Shown: one piece after another, positions 46,547 to 56,931 of the stretch
How positions within the stretch are numbered: position 1 is the first letter of the stretch
Layout: each line of letters starts with the position of its first letter
DNA from: Candidatus Fermentithermobacillaceae bacterium
Lineage (GTDB): Bacteria > Bacillota > Sulfobacillia > Fermentithermobacillales > DUSS01
Assembly (NCBI GenBank): GCA_020725645.1
Contig: DYEQ01000030.1
Span: 2,863-66,862 of the forward strand
Length of the DNA stretch: 64,000 bases
Direction of reading: 5' to 3'
Made by a program: the position numbers and the translations under genes
The notes under the pieces: model-generated
Databases searched by the model: none
What the model saw: the letters and a program-made list of their open reading frames with translations, nothing else
What the model was told of the DNA's origin: nothing

Positions 46547-47847
46547 CTCTGTTCAAAAACGATGGGACTTCCCTCGAATCCGAAAGAACCCCGGAACCTG
46601 CCTTCGAGGTAGCGCAGGTAGGACTCGGGGATTCTCCCATCTCCTCTTGTAAAGAGAACCACCCTAGGAGGTCTCACGTCAACCTGAGTTCCGTAAAGTA
46701 TCTTCACCTTCCGCGGGGGAGGCATGATCTCGCAAGCTTCGCGAAGGACGTCGTTAATCAGGGAGGTTTCGATCCTCCGCGAATATGCGCGGTAGGCAGC
46801 TCTCACCGCCGGCAATACGTCCCCCACACCTTCGCCCGTGAGACAGGAGACGAACAGCACCCTGGAATAGGCTATGGGATAAAGCACGCTCCTCACCACT
46901 TCGGAGAACTTCTTTCTGGAAGCTCCCGCCAGGATACCAAGATCCACTTTGTTCACCACTATCACGGAAGCTTTTTGCGACCTCAGAACGTACCCGGCGA
47001 TCCTCCTGTCCTGGGAGACGGGCATCTCGTTGGCGGACACCATCACCACGACACAATCAGACTTCTTGACCGCCGCCAGGGATCTCCACACGGAAAGCTT
47101 CTCGAGGTCCTTTTCCACCCTTGCGGGTCTTCTCAAACCGGCCGTGTCTATCAACACGTAGGGTTCTCCATCGTACAAAAGAGGCGTATCCACGGCATCT
47201 ACGGTGGTACCCGGCACCGGCGCCACCGTCATGCGCTCCTGACCCAGGAGGGCGTTCACCAGGGACGACTTTCCGACGTTGGGCTTTCCAATTATCGCCA
47301 CTCGCACCACGTCTTCCGCAGATGCCTTTTCGAGGGAAGGCGTCCCCACATCCTGTACGATCCGGTCCATGAGTTCCGCGACGCCCAAACCGTGAAGGGC
47401 GGACACCGGAAACACCTCGGAAAACCCAAGCGCGTAGAATTCAAGCGCTCTCTCCTCGTGCCGGGGAACGTCGCACTTATTTACCGCCACCAGTACGCTT
47501 TTCCCGGATTCCCGAAGAATCTGGGCGACATCCTGGTCCACCGGAGTAACCCCTTGAGAGCCGTCAGCGACGAATATGAGCTCATCGGCCTCGGCTATGG
47601 CCGCCTTGACCTGTTTGGAGATGGCCGCTGTAAGATCGTCCTCCGCACACGGCAGAAGTCCGCCTGTATCCACCAGGCGGAACTTCTTGCCCGTCCACTC
47701 GACCTCGGCATAAAGCCTGTCTCTGGTGACACCCGTCTCCGAATGGACTATGGACCGGTTTGACCGGGCCATCCGGTTAAAGAGAGCTGATTTCCCTACG
47801 TTGGGTCTGCCGACTATGGCGACGGTCTTAAGAGCCATCCTCAGCAC
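46543..47847 (-). CDS. der: Ribosome-biogenesis GTPase Der (EngA).
   Basis: Two tandem GTPase domains (GRPNVGKSALFN and GKPNVGKSSLVN) plus a KH-like C-terminus. Confidence 0.9.
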   Translation of the reverse strand: MLRMALKTVAIVGRPNVGKSALFNRMARSNRSIVHSETGVTRDRLYAEVEWTGKKFRLVDTGGLLPCAEDDLTAAISKQVKAAIAEADELIFVADGSQGVTPVDQDVAQILRESGKSVLVAVNKCDVPRHEERALEFYALGFSEVFPVSALHGLGVAELMDRIVQDVGTPSLEKASAEDVVRVAIIGKPNVGKSSLVNALLGQERMTVAPVPGTTVDAVDTPLLYDGEPYVLIDTAGLRRPARVEKDLEKLSVWRSLAAVKKSDCVVVMVSANEMPVSQDRRIAGYVLRSQKASVIVVNKVDLGILAGASRKKFSEVVRSVLYPIAYSRVLFVSCLTGEGVGDVLPAVRAAYRAYSRRIETSLINDVLREACEIMPPPRKVKILYGTQVDVRPPRVVLFTRGDGRIPESYLRYLEGRFRGSFGFEGSPIVFEQR

Positions 47848-49268
47848 CTCCCGCCCTCAAGGAAATCCAGGAGCGCGGAAGCCTCCGCCTTCAGAATGAA
47901 TACCTTCACGCCGATGAGGTTTTCGAGGTCCTCTACGGTGAGGCCGTCCAAAAACAGGTTCTCGCCTTCTTTAAGACATACGTCGGGAAGAAGGATTCCT
48001 TTGGTCCTCAAGAGATCAATCTCGCCCCTCCGCGCCAGGGACAGTATGGCAACAGCCACATCCTGCCCGGTCAAAAGCCCCGTAGCTCCGGCTTCCGGCC
48101 CGAAAAACTCGTTGGCGACCTCCACCACTTTTACTGTCCGCTCTTCCGGGTCAACGTGCTTCTGGATCACATCGCGGATTTCCTTCGAAGCCATCCTTCC
48201 GGTGACTACCAGGAATTCCGGCGAATATGGGCGCTGTCCGTCGACAGCAGGTTGTGGACGGCATTCGATGCGCGCACCAGAGCCCGGCCCGTCGTTCAAG
48301 GTACTCAGCCTGCCCCGAGCCCGCCGGTTTCTCGCCCAAATCCGGGCGCTTCGCTGGAAGTCAGCTATGAGGCCGATGCCGTTTTCGTACTGGGGAAATT
48401 CCCTGTACCATCCCGCTTGAGGCACCGGTTCACCAGCTGTCAGGTAGAACTCGTCCGCCGCCCACACGAAGGGGTATTTCGCCTTTTTCATACAACCCCG
48501 CGCGAAATTCGAGACCTGAGCGAGTACCTGACGTGACCATTCCGGGTCGCGCGGCGGTGAAGGAGGGTGTTTCCTCCATCTCGTATAGACCGCCGGCACG
48601 ACGCCGCAAGACGCAACACCAGGCCACCGGCGAAACAGCCCTTCGAGGGTCTCATCGAGGACCTTGCCGTCGTTCCAACCGCGTACCAGGACGACCTGGG
48701 CGTGGACCGTTATACCCGCTTCCACCAGGCGATCGATATCTTCGTTAATACGACCGGCCCTTGGATTCCCCATGAGCTTGGCGCGGACGTCCGGGGCCAG
48801 AGCGTGCACGGAAACCCTTAACGGCGACATCCTGTGTGTTTCAATCCTCCGCCAATCGCTCTCCTGGAGGTTGGTGAGAGTTATGAAGTTACCCCATAAC
48901 ATGGAAAGGCGGTAATCATCATCGCGCAGGTACAAAGAGGGCCTGAGACCAGGGGGAAGCTGCCGTAGAAAACAAAAAACGCAATGGTTCTGACACGTCT
49001 TTATCCCATCGAACAGAAGTTCGGAGAACTCGATACCGGGTCCTGCACTTTCCCCCATATCGAGAAGGGCCCGCCTCATATGGCCTTCCCGCGTCCGGAA
49101 CTGGAGCTCGCAGGGCCCACCGGATGCGAGAAAGAGGAAATGCAGCTGGTCCAGGGGCCTTTCTCCGTTTACCTCAAGGATGAGGTCACCCTGTCTTATC
49201 CCGGCCAGGTCCGCAGGACTTCCACGCAGAACTCGTTTCACTTCTGCACCGCACCACATCCCCTGCAT
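47841..49268 (-). CDS. PDZ-domain radical-SAM-like protein of the DUF512 family.
   Basis: An N-terminal PDZ (GAEVKRVLRGSPADLAGIRQGDLILEVNG), then CQNHCVFC and the DUF512 C-terminus. The start is uncertain. The ORF track extends to 49625, which would overlap the upstream gene. Confidence 0.6.
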   Translation of the reverse strand: MQGMWCGAEVKRVLRGSPADLAGIRQGDLILEVNGERPLDQLHFLFLASGGPCELQFRTREGHMRRALLDMGESAGPGIEFSELLFDGIKTCQNHCVFCFLRQLPPGLRPSLYLRDDDYRLSMLWGNFITLTNLQESDWRRIETHRMSPLRVSVHALAPDVRAKLMGNPRAGRINEDIDRLVEAGITVHAQVVLVRGWNDGKVLDETLEGLFRRWPGVASCGVVPAVYTRWRKHPPSPPRDPEWSRQVLAQVSNFARGCMKKAKYPFVWAADEFYLTAGEPVPQAGWYREFPQYENGIGLIADFQRSARIWARNRRARGRLSTLNDGPGSGARIECRPQPAVDGQRPYSPEFLVVTGRMASKEIRDVIQKHVDPEERTVKVVEVANEFFGPEAGATGLLTGQDVAVAILSLARRGEIDLLRTKGILLPDVCLKEGENLFLDGLTVEDLENLIGVKVFILKAEASALLDFLEGGRC

Positions 49269-49851
49269 CCAGCCACAATACCTCCCCGTTTGACTGCCCT
49301 TCATTATCCCGCCACTTTCGTTCCAAATCAAGGGAGGTTTCGACCACCGCCTCCACCAGCTCGAGGCGACGGTAAAGTGACCGCGCGACGAGACACCTGC
49401 CCGCTTTAACCATCCCCACCCTCCGGGAAAGAAAGCCCCCGATTCTCGACTGCACGTCCAAAACGGCGCGAACATTAAAGAAAATGGCTCTAGCCTGGGG
49501 AAACTTTTGAGAAATCTTCCTCGCAAGAGCCATCTCCAGCTCCTTTCCAGCGACCCCGGTACCGAGGGCGTATACGTGACCGCCGAATCCATCGGTTCCC
49601 AGGAGAACAGGATTTCCGATCTCACCGGTTAACCGGCGATCGAAGAAGGGGAGATCGGAGATACTCTGGTATGTCGAAGGGCGCCGCCCTAGGTGGCACC
49701 ATCCCGCGACGACAGAAGCGTGCGTACCGGCATAGCAGCAATAGAATATCCGGGGTTCGCGGGGAGCCCTTTCCCGGAAAAGCTCTTCGATGGCAGCGAG
49801 GGCTCTCTTTGAAACCGGGTCGTCCAATCGAGATTCAGTGTTTGACCACAA
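49186..49851 (-). CDS. DUF3189-like hypothetical protein.
   Basis: RIFYCCYAGTHASVVAGWCHLG resembles the DUF3189 N-terminal motif (IYHCYGGAHSS). Both ends are uncertain, and the 3' part overlaps the DUF512 gene. Confidence 0.35.
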   Translation of the reverse strand: MWSNTESRLDDPVSKRALAAIEELFRERAPREPRIFYCCYAGTHASVVAGWCHLGRRPSTYQSISDLPFFDRRLTGEIGNPVLLGTDGFGGHVYALGTGVAGKELEMALARKISQKFPQARAIFFNVRAVLDVQSRIGGFLSRRVGMVKAGRCLVARSLYRRLELVEAVVETSLDLERKWRDNEGQSNGEVLWLDAGDVVRCRSETSSAWKSCGPGRDKTG

Positions 49852-50034
49852 TCAGCATCCCGTCTCCGAGATCGTGCACTTGACCTTGAAGGATCCTGGA
49901 AAGGACCATAGCTACATGCTGCCGCCTGGACTCATCTGCGACCACGAAGGTCGGCGCACCCGAAGCTTTTTTCGAGTCATCTGTGATGATCGCCAGCACC
50001 GTCTTTTGAATCGTCACTTCCACCTATGTATCAG

Positions 50035-50225
50035 CTCCGCTCTCGTCCTGTGTTAGCTCTTCATTCGTCCTGCACCAACCCTTTGGTCCTGGCCGAGCCT
50101 TTCGTCCCGTATCAGTCCTTGGTCCTGTACCAGCCGTCCTTCCTGTCTCAAGCTTTCGTTCTGCGCAGGCTCCTGTTTACCGCCATTTGTCAGCACTGCT
50201 TTCTGTCACTAACCGTCTCAGTCCA
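50035..50225. repeat. Degenerate array of at least 8 copies of TCGTCCTG / GTCCTG at 14-22-nt spacing.
   Basis: GTCCTG or near variants occur at about 50044, 50066, 50085, 50103, 50121, 50135, 50157 and 50169. The periodic LVL translation of this span is an artefact. The array lies between the YIEGIA-family gene and the DUF3189-like gene, both on the minus strand. Confidence 0.45.
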
Positions 50226-51111
50226 TGGCGTACCGCCCGGCCAAGGTCTTGGAACCTCTCCCTCGAGCCGATTCGAGGACCGGCACTCGCTTTATCACCG
50301 CCAGCATCGGTTCCTCGTCCTTCTCCGCCGGCATGAAGAACAGCCCGGCCCTGCCCGTTTCCAGGTCTCTCCTTATGACCGGTGAGAACTCTGGCGTGTC
50401 GAGGTCCTTCCTTATTCCCAGGATAGCTTGAAGGTCGTGAATGATGGCCTGCCTTTGCCCGAGATTGCCCAGGGTGTCGCGGGCATCCTCGTCCCGGGGG
50501 ATCAGGATCGCTCCAAGGCCCTTTTCCTCGATGGCGCGCCTGGATTCCTCAAGCCCGACGTTCATGATGAAAATGTCTCCCACATATAGATCCGGACCGC
50601 GGAAGCTCGGCGAGGCCCGCTTCACTTCCACGATGTCTCCGATGCGCCGCTTGCGTATGAAGAGCGCGGAGAACCCGAAAGCCAGTGCGCCCAGGACAAG
50701 GCCCCCGAGTACCGAAACGGCCTCAACGCCTATGGACGTCGCGGTAGACACGAAGATCACCACGTAGTACCTGGCCTCGAAGGTTTTCGCCATGTCTTCG
50801 ATGTAGTCGGCGCCCCTGGGAACGAGCTCGTTATCCTCCAGGGCCTTCAGGGACTTCCGCTCCATGTCCCGGATTCCCCGAAACTGTTGGGCGACGAGGA
50901 CGAGGAACGTCACGGCGGTCCATTCCTTCTCGAGCAGGGCCGGAACCGCCACCGCGCCGACCAGCGCCGCGATACCTCCGAGAAAGAGGTGGGATGCGTA
51001 CCCGTGGGGGTAGGTCGGATACTGACGGTAATCCGACCTGAGCATCCCCACCCTGGCAAGCATCCCCAAAAGAAATCCGAGGGCGATCGCCGGTCCGTGA
51101 GAGAAGGGCAT
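50218..51111 (-). CDS. YIEGIA-family sporulation-associated membrane protein.
   Basis: ADYIEDMAKTFEARYYVV matches the YIEGIA motif, and TM segments flank it. Start taken at an internal Met, since the upstream Arg/Gly-rich 60 codons are likely non-coding. Confidence 0.65.
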   Translation of the reverse strand: MPFSHGPAIALGFLLGMLARVGMLRSDYRQYPTYPHGYASHLFLGGIAALVGAVAVPALLEKEWTAVTFLVLVAQQFRGIRDMERKSLKALEDNELVPRGADYIEDMAKTFEARYYVVIFVSTATSIGVEAVSVLGGLVLGALAFGFSALFIRKRRIGDIVEVKRASPSFRGPDLYVGDIFIMNVGLEESRRAIEEKGLGAILIPRDEDARDTLGNLGQRQAIIHDLQAILGIRKDLDTPEFSPVIRRDLETGRAGLFFMPAEKDEEPMLAVIKRVPVLESARGRGSKTLAGRYAMD

Positions 51112-51140
51112 GCCGGACCCGAGCTCCTTCAGCAATTCGG

Positions 51141-52280
51141 TCACGAACCCTCCCCTTCCCCTCCACGGCCTCCCCGGATTTTGACACCTCCCGTTCCGAA
51201 CCACCCGAGGATCTTGGCCTTCATCTCCTCCCAGCTGCCGGTCGATACCCAGAGGTAGATGAAGACGCCAGCGACCACCACTCCGACGAGCCATGCGATG
51301 GTCCGGCCAGCTCCTCCCGACTCGCGCCCCGCAGCCGGTCCAGTGGCGCTGAGAACGCTGGGAACCACCTCAGCTATGAGTCTTGCCCCGCGCTCCGCCG
51401 CATCCCGAGGCGTCTTTTCGGTTCCGACCTCCAAAAGCAGGGAGCGCTCGAAGAGGTCCTGGTTGAAGTCGGCTTTCCCCATTAAGATCCCTTTGATGAG
51501 TCCGGGATACTTCGAGTTGACGGCTTCTTTCAATCTCCTGGCGAATTCGAGGTTGGCCTGCATCTTGGGGTTCTGCCTTCCCACTACTATCATAGCTCTG
51601 GCCACTATCTCCCCACGTTTCTCCGTGAGATATGGTTCAGGTGGCCCGGCGTCCCTGTGTACGTCGAACATGGCAAGAGGGCGCTCTATTCTGAGGAGTC
51701 GTTGAGCTGTTCTGCGAGATCTGTCATAAGCTCGGGCGTCGTGGGGATCGTGAGACGTCGTGTCATGTCGCGGGACAAGGCCGGTTCTCCTGAGGGCATC
51801 CGCCAAACTCGAGCCCACCTTCATAATCCCGCCGGAGCCAGGAATAGCATCTGTTCCGTCCCCGGGAATGTACGACTCATCGGAATGGGTGTGATAGATG
51901 GCAACCTTGCCGGTGGTCACCGGAGCAGCTGCGATACCGATATCGGGAAGCGCTTCCATCTTCCCTTGAGACACAGCTGTAGCGGTGTCTCCCTCTACCC
52001 GCTGGATGACCCAGCGAACGTCATTTTCGTCGATGTACTCGTCGCCCTCGAACAAATGGTGTCCCGTGTAGAACAGGATGTTTCCATCGGGATCCTTTAC
52101 GGTAAAATGCCCGTCATCTCTTTCCCAGGCGCCGGTGGGCGAATCAGAGGCGGACTTCCCCTGAGTCCAGATGGCAGTTACATAAGTGATGATATAGTGA
52201 CCAAACCCCACCAGACCCAGAATGACCAGGATAGCTACTACACCCCAGAGCACTCTAACGTTCCTTTTCATCTTCCGCAC
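51141..52280 (-). CDS. spoIIP: Stage II sporulation protein P family.
   Basis: An N-terminal TM segment and VAIYHTHSDESYIPGDGTD, the SpoIIP signature. A second hydrophobic segment near the C-terminus. Confidence 0.75.
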   Translation of the reverse strand: MRKMKRNVRVLWGVVAILVILGLVGFGHYIITYVTAIWTQGKSASDSPTGAWERDDGHFTVKDPDGNILFYTGHHLFEGDEYIDENDVRWVIQRVEGDTATAVSQGKMEALPDIGIAAAPVTTGKVAIYHTHSDESYIPGDGTDAIPGSGGIMKVGSSLADALRRTGLVPRHDTTSHDPHDARAYDRSRRTAQRLLRIERPLAMFDVHRDAGPPEPYLTEKRGEIVARAMIVVGRQNPKMQANLEFARRLKEAVNSKYPGLIKGILMGKADFNQDLFERSLLLEVGTEKTPRDAAERGARLIAEVVPSVLSATGPAAGRESGGAGRTIAWLVGVVVAGVFIYLWVSTGSWEEMKAKILGWFGTGGVKIRGGRGGEGEGS

Positions 52281-52899
52281 CCCCCCGGCCCTTGAGCAGT
52301 CTTTCCCTGGTTTCTCCCACCAGCTCTACAAACAGCACCGCGAGTACGGATGCGATCACGGTGGCGTCGAAGGCGCCGGCCCCTCCGAAGGCGACCGCGC
52401 CCGGATAGCGCTTTATCCCCAGCTCAATCCAGTGCAGGATGTCAGAGAGAATGTAACCCCCGAGTCCCCCGACAAAGGCCGTCCGTCTCGAACGACCCGA
52501 TACAGCTGCCACGATCCCCGCCGCCAGACCGTAGATGAGTACCGGGCTCATCCTCATCCATTGCTCCTCAGGGCTCAAAACTTTGCCGAGACCCCATATG
52601 ACGAGACCGGTGACGATGAAGGCGACGACGGCCCTTACTTGCTCATCTCGCCTGTCCGCCGTGGCGATTAGCCATATAGCCACCGCCAGGGGGATAATCG
52701 CCCCTCCGACGTTGACCGTGACCGTCACGGGTGCGCGAAGCAGTGTAAACTCGAGATAGCTTCCGGCCGCCATCGCGAGAATGATGACCAGCGCAGCTCT
52801 GTCATTCAGCCGCATCCTGTCGAGGACGCGGTGAAGCACGCCGGTGAAGATCAGGATGGCCAGGACGGCCAGAATGATCGTACCCACAGGCAAACCCAT
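52255..52899 (-). CDS. Conserved integral membrane protein (DUF1614-like).
   Basis: 214 aa with 5-6 TM segments and no catalytic motifs. It sits within the sporulation block. Confidence 0.5.
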   Translation of the reverse strand: MGLPVGTIILAVLAILIFTGVLHRVLDRMRLNDRAALVIILAMAAGSYLEFTLLRAPVTVTVNVGGAIIPLAVAIWLIATADRRDEQVRAVVAFIVTGLVIWGLGKVLSPEEQWMRMSPVLIYGLAAGIVAAVSGRSRRTAFVGGLGGYILSDILHWIELGIKRYPGAVAFGGAGAFDATVIASVLAVLFVELVGETRERLLKGRGGAEDEKER

Positions 52900-53273
52900 C
52901 GAACGTCACTCCCCCTTCAGCAATGACCCCATGACCACCGGGGATTTCGTATGGTAGCCTTTCCGTGGCCTTCCTGGGGATATACACGAGCATATCTACG
53001 CAATCGAGGCCGGTGAAAACGAGGACGCCCGCCGGACCGTTTGCGGCTGGCGGACGCCTTTGGACATGCGTCGAAGTACAACGATCTTGAAGCTATCTAT
53101 CTTTACTACCTATCATCCCAGCTACAACCATATCCTCCATCTTTAGGGCTTCCGGCGACACCTTCCCTCTCTATGCATCAGGTTACCCGTGCTCATTAAC
53201 CCTGGTCTCGTGCTTGTTCACCTTCTAAGGCTGTCCCGGTCCGATCTGCGTCTTGACCCTTAAGTCCTCTTCG

Positions 53274-55376
53274 TCAGCTGGCACTCTGGCTCTCCGGTTC
53301 GCCCCCGGACCCGGACCCTCCGGTGCCGGACTCCTCGGCGGATTCAGCCTTCTCCTCCGCTTTATCCCTCTGAGGTGAGGCGGCCGCCCTTGCTTCGGGC
53401 TCGATTTCCACGTCAGCTTCTCTGATGGAGAGCGCGATCCGGCGCTCGGCGGGTCTTACCCTCAACACCTTCGCTCTTACCGTATCCCCGACTTTGACCA
53501 CGTCTTCGGGGCGGGCGACCCGCTCGTAAGAAAGCTCCGAGATGTGCACGAGACCCTCTACTCCCGGTTCCAACTCAACGAAAGCGCCGAAAGGCGCGGT
53601 GCGAGTGACCACCCCGGTAACCACCGAACCCACGGGATACTTCGACTCCACAGTCTCCCAGGGATCGGGCAGGACCTGCTTTCGCCCCAGCGAAATCTTG
53701 CCCTTCTCCTTGTCTACCCGGAGTACCATCACGTCTATTTCGTCGCCTTCTTTGACCACTTCGGATGGGTGATGCACGCGACCCCACGCGAGCTCGGATA
53801 TGTGTAAGAGTCCGTCCACTCCCCCGAGGTCCACGAACACACCGAAGTCGGTGATACCCTTAACCACTCCGTGGCGAATTTGCCCCTCCGCTATGGTAGC
53901 CCACGTTTCTTCCTTGAGCCTTTCGTGCTCCTCCTCGAGAACCACCCTTTGAGACAGAATCACCCGGTTCTTCCGGCGGTCGAGTTCCAGCACCTTCATG
54001 CGGAGAGTCTTGCCGACGTACTTCCGGAGGTCCGACACATAGCCTCTCTCCACTTGAGAGGCGGGAACGAATCCCCTCACGCCCACATCGACAACAAGGC
54101 CGCCCTTGACTTCCTGAATCACGGGAGCTTCGATGGTCTTGCCTTCCACCCGGGCATTCTCCAGACGCTGCCAGGCCAGTTCCTCATCCGCCCGCCTCTT
54201 GGATAGTCGCAGACCACCTTCCCCGGAGTCCGCGGACAAAACGTAGACGGAAATCTCGTCGCCCGGCTTAATCTCGTGGTCGGGAGCTCCCCTTCTGGAA
54301 ATCTCGCCGGCAGGGATGAAACCCTCGGATTTCAGGCCTACGTCCACCATGGCACCGTTTTCATCGACGGAAACCACGGTACCTTTGATGATATCCCCCT
54401 GGCGGACTTCGGGTAACTCCTCGAACATCTCCTTGCCGCGAGCCATGTCATTGGCCTGGTCCCGGGTTTCTGGTGCCGGTTCTCCAGGTTCTCCGGGCTT
54501 TTCGGGCTCCTGGGACGGTGTAGTTGGAGTTTCCTCCTCTGGTTGGTCCTCACGATGCACGTTCTTCTCTAGCTCTGCCAACTTGCCTGCAACCTCCTTT
54601 ACTATCCGGTCGGGAGTTGAGGCGCCTGAAGTTATGCCCACTACCTTCTTGCCTCGTAACCACTCACTTTTGATCTCACCGGCCGTTCCGACTAAATAAG
54701 CTTCCGTTCCTGCCTGCCTTGCTATCTTCAGGAGCTGCCGGCAGTTGGCGCTCGCCTTGCCACCAACCACGAGCACCAGATCGCACTGTCTCGCAAGCTC
54801 CAGAGTAGCCTTTTGCCTTTCTCGGGTGGCCGGACAGATGGTCCTGGCCTCGGCCACATCCGCCCCTCGCTTCGTCAAAGCACCTACGACATCCAAAAAG
54901 TCCTCCTCCCGCGCGGTGGTTTGAGCTAGTACTCCCACCTTGCCGGAAATCTCCTGGTTCTCGATATCAACCGGCGACGCTACGGCCTTCGCGTTGTCGC
55001 CAGCTCTCGCCAGTATAGCTTTGACTTCGGGGTGGTTTTCATCACCCACCACGAAAACTTGCCTACCTTCTTCACGAAACCGGGAAGCTGCATCCTGAGC
55101 TCTGGCCACAAAAGGGCATGTGGCGTCCACTAAGTTTGACGCCCGCTTAGCGGCTTGTTGAGCCTCTTCAACGGGAGTCCCGTGAGTCCTGAGGATAACC
55201 GTTCCGCCCTCAACCGCGGAAAGATCGTTAACTATGCGGACGCCGGCATCTTCAAGCTCTCCGGTCACGTGTTCATTGTGAATGAGGGGACCTAAACTGA
55301 AGATAGGACGAGGACCATTGAGCAGAGCTTCCCGGACCTTCCGTAAAGCGTTCTCCACCCCTGGGCAGTAGCCCAT
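53274..55376 (-). CDS. ispH: Bifunctional 4-hydroxy-3-methylbut-2-enyl diphosphate reductase (IspH/LytB) and 30S ribosomal protein S1 fusion.
   Basis: An N-terminal IspH domain (GYCPGVENA ... ATCPFV ... TICPATRERQ) is joined by an acidic linker to four S1 RNA-binding repeats. The true start is probably a few codons upstream at a non-ATG codon. Confidence 0.85.
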   Translation of the reverse strand: MGYCPGVENALRKVREALLNGPRPIFSLGPLIHNEHVTGELEDAGVRIVNDLSAVEGGTVILRTHGTPVEEAQQAAKRASNLVDATCPFVARAQDAASRFREEGRQVFVVGDENHPEVKAILARAGDNAKAVASPVDIENQEISGKVGVLAQTTAREEDFLDVVGALTKRGADVAEARTICPATRERQKATLELARQCDLVLVVGGKASANCRQLLKIARQAGTEAYLVGTAGEIKSEWLRGKKVVGITSGASTPDRIVKEVAGKLAELEKNVHREDQPEEETPTTPSQEPEKPGEPGEPAPETRDQANDMARGKEMFEELPEVRQGDIIKGTVVSVDENGAMVDVGLKSEGFIPAGEISRRGAPDHEIKPGDEISVYVLSADSGEGGLRLSKRRADEELAWQRLENARVEGKTIEAPVIQEVKGGLVVDVGVRGFVPASQVERGYVSDLRKYVGKTLRMKVLELDRRKNRVILSQRVVLEEEHERLKEETWATIAEGQIRHGVVKGITDFGVFVDLGGVDGLLHISELAWGRVHHPSEVVKEGDEIDVMVLRVDKEKGKISLGRKQVLPDPWETVESKYPVGSVVTGVVTRTAPFGAFVELEPGVEGLVHISELSYERVARPEDVVKVGDTVRAKVLRVRPAERRIALSIREADVEIEPEARAAASPQRDKAEEKAESAEESGTGGSGSGGEPESQSAS

Positions 55377-55401
55377 GACCTTGGCAAACCGGATTTCCGT
55401 T

Positions 55402-56004
55402 CTACACAGCCTCCCCCGGTTTAGCTTCGATCCACAGTTCCCGGATCGCAGTCATTATCTCCTGAGACGCGCCCTTCATCTCCTCGGTCATCTTCGCGTC
55501 TTGGTTGTGCTCCAGTTTGAAGGGTTCGCCGAAAAGGACACGTACCCTCTTTTTTTCCGACGGCGACGTACGGATCGCTACCGGAACGATGGGAGCGTCC
55601 GTCTTTAACGCTAGCAACGCAGCACCAGGGTGCGGGACACCCAGCCGGGTCCGGTCCCTCTGTCTCGTGCCCTCGGGGAATATCCCGAGGACCTCCCCTG
55701 CATCAAGTACCTTCAACCCTTCCCTGATAGCTCCTACGTGCGCCCTGCCTCTGTCCACCGGGAAAGCACCGAGCCATCTCAGAAGGGTTCCGAAAACCGG
55801 GTAGCTGAAGAGCTCTTTTTTGGCCATGAACCTGATGGGCCTCTTCAAGAGACAGCCCAGAATTACCGGGTCCCACCACGATATGTGGTTCGAACACAAG
55901 ATAACCGGGCCATGATCCGGCACTTTATCCAATCCACTAACCTCAAGGCGAAACGCAATCTTTACGATAATCGAAAACACAAACCGGATAAATCTATAAA
56001 ACAC
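55402..56004 (-). CDS. plsC: 1-acyl-sn-glycerol-3-phosphate acyltransferase.
   Basis: The HX4D motif appears as NHISWWD, and the FPEGTR motif is present. Confidence 0.85.
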   Translation of the reverse strand: MFYRFIRFVFSIIVKIAFRLEVSGLDKVPDHGPVILCSNHISWWDPVILGCLLKRPIRFMAKKELFSYPVFGTLLRWLGAFPVDRGRAHVGAIREGLKVLDAGEVLGIFPEGTRQRDRTRLGVPHPGAALLALKTDAPIVPVAIRTSPSEKKRVRVLFGEPFKLEHNQDAKMTEEMKGASQEIMTAIRELWIEAKPGEAV

Positions 56005-56114
56005 CCCCGTTTCACCTCACATGCGCCCGGGGCGGTATGTGCCCGCTGACTTTATCTATCACCCGTATGCTACCACGGGCGGACTATCAGGGGCGGACTT
56101 TCGCCGACGTTCCC

Positions 56115-56879
56115 TTAAGCCCGGATGCTACCCGGACAGCCCCGGGAACCACCTGAGCCGGAGCACTGAACCGAGTTCCTCCCGGGGCACAGCTTAACTA
56201 TCATCAAAGCAACCTCTCGAGCGGTCTTCCCGGTGCTGTCGATGACCACCGCCCCGGAAACCCGTACGAGAGGTCCCGTTTTTCGGTTGACATCCGCCTC
56301 GTCCCTGGCCGCCATTTCCCGTTTGAGATCATCCCACGGGACGTCTTCGCCCCTATGGACCATCTCGTGCCATCGTCGCCGCACCCTTTCCCTGAACTCC
56401 GCGGTGAGATAGATTTTTAACTCGGCATCAGGCAGGACGACGCTGGTGATGTCCCGGCCTTCCATCACTACATCATTGAAAGTAGCTATTCCCCGCTGCA
56501 TCTTTACCATGAGTTGCCGTACCCGCGGGAAACGAGCTACGACCTTGACCGCACCATCGACCTCTCGCGAGTGGAGCTTTTCCGTAACATCCCGGGCACC
56601 CAGATACACTCTAAAGTCGCCCGTATCCCACCTGAAGCTCAGATCGCAACGCTCGGAAAGGGCCTCGAGATCCTCCTCTCGTTCGAGGTCCACCCCTCTT
56701 TCGAGAGCGGCAAGAGCCAGTCCCCTGTACATGGCTCCGGTATCCACATATACGTAACCGGTCAAATGCGAGACCATTTTCGCAACGGTGCTCTTTCCCG
56801 CACCTGCCGGTCCATCTATCGCGATTCTGACCCTTGACGAGTTTCCTGACGAGCTCGGCATGTCCATGCTGGGTGTCAC
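56115..56879 (-). CDS. cmk: Cytidylate kinase.
   Basis: IAIDGPAGAGKST is the P-loop. The cmk-plsC-ispH/rpsA order is typical of Clostridia. Confidence 0.85.
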   Translation of the reverse strand: MTPSMDMPSSSGNSSRVRIAIDGPAGAGKSTVAKMVSHLTGYVYVDTGAMYRGLALAALERGVDLEREEDLEALSERCDLSFRWDTGDFRVYLGARDVTEKLHSREVDGAVKVVARFPRVRQLMVKMQRGIATFNDVVMEGRDITSVVLPDAELKIYLTAEFRERVRRRWHEMVHRGEDVPWDDLKREMAARDEADVNRKTGPLVRVSGAVVIDSTGKTAREVALMIVKLCPGRNSVQCSGSGGSRGCPGSIRA

Positions 56880-56931
56880 ATTCTACGCAGCTGCTGAATT
56901 TCCTCTTTTATATGAGCAAATTGATTCCCTC

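Noticed and set aside
50026-50385. The 119-aa plus-strand ORF with a periodic LVL/QS amino-acid pattern.
   Set aside because: The periodicity is the translation of a short DNA repeat array (GTCCTG). It has no RBS or start context and lies between two minus-strand genes.
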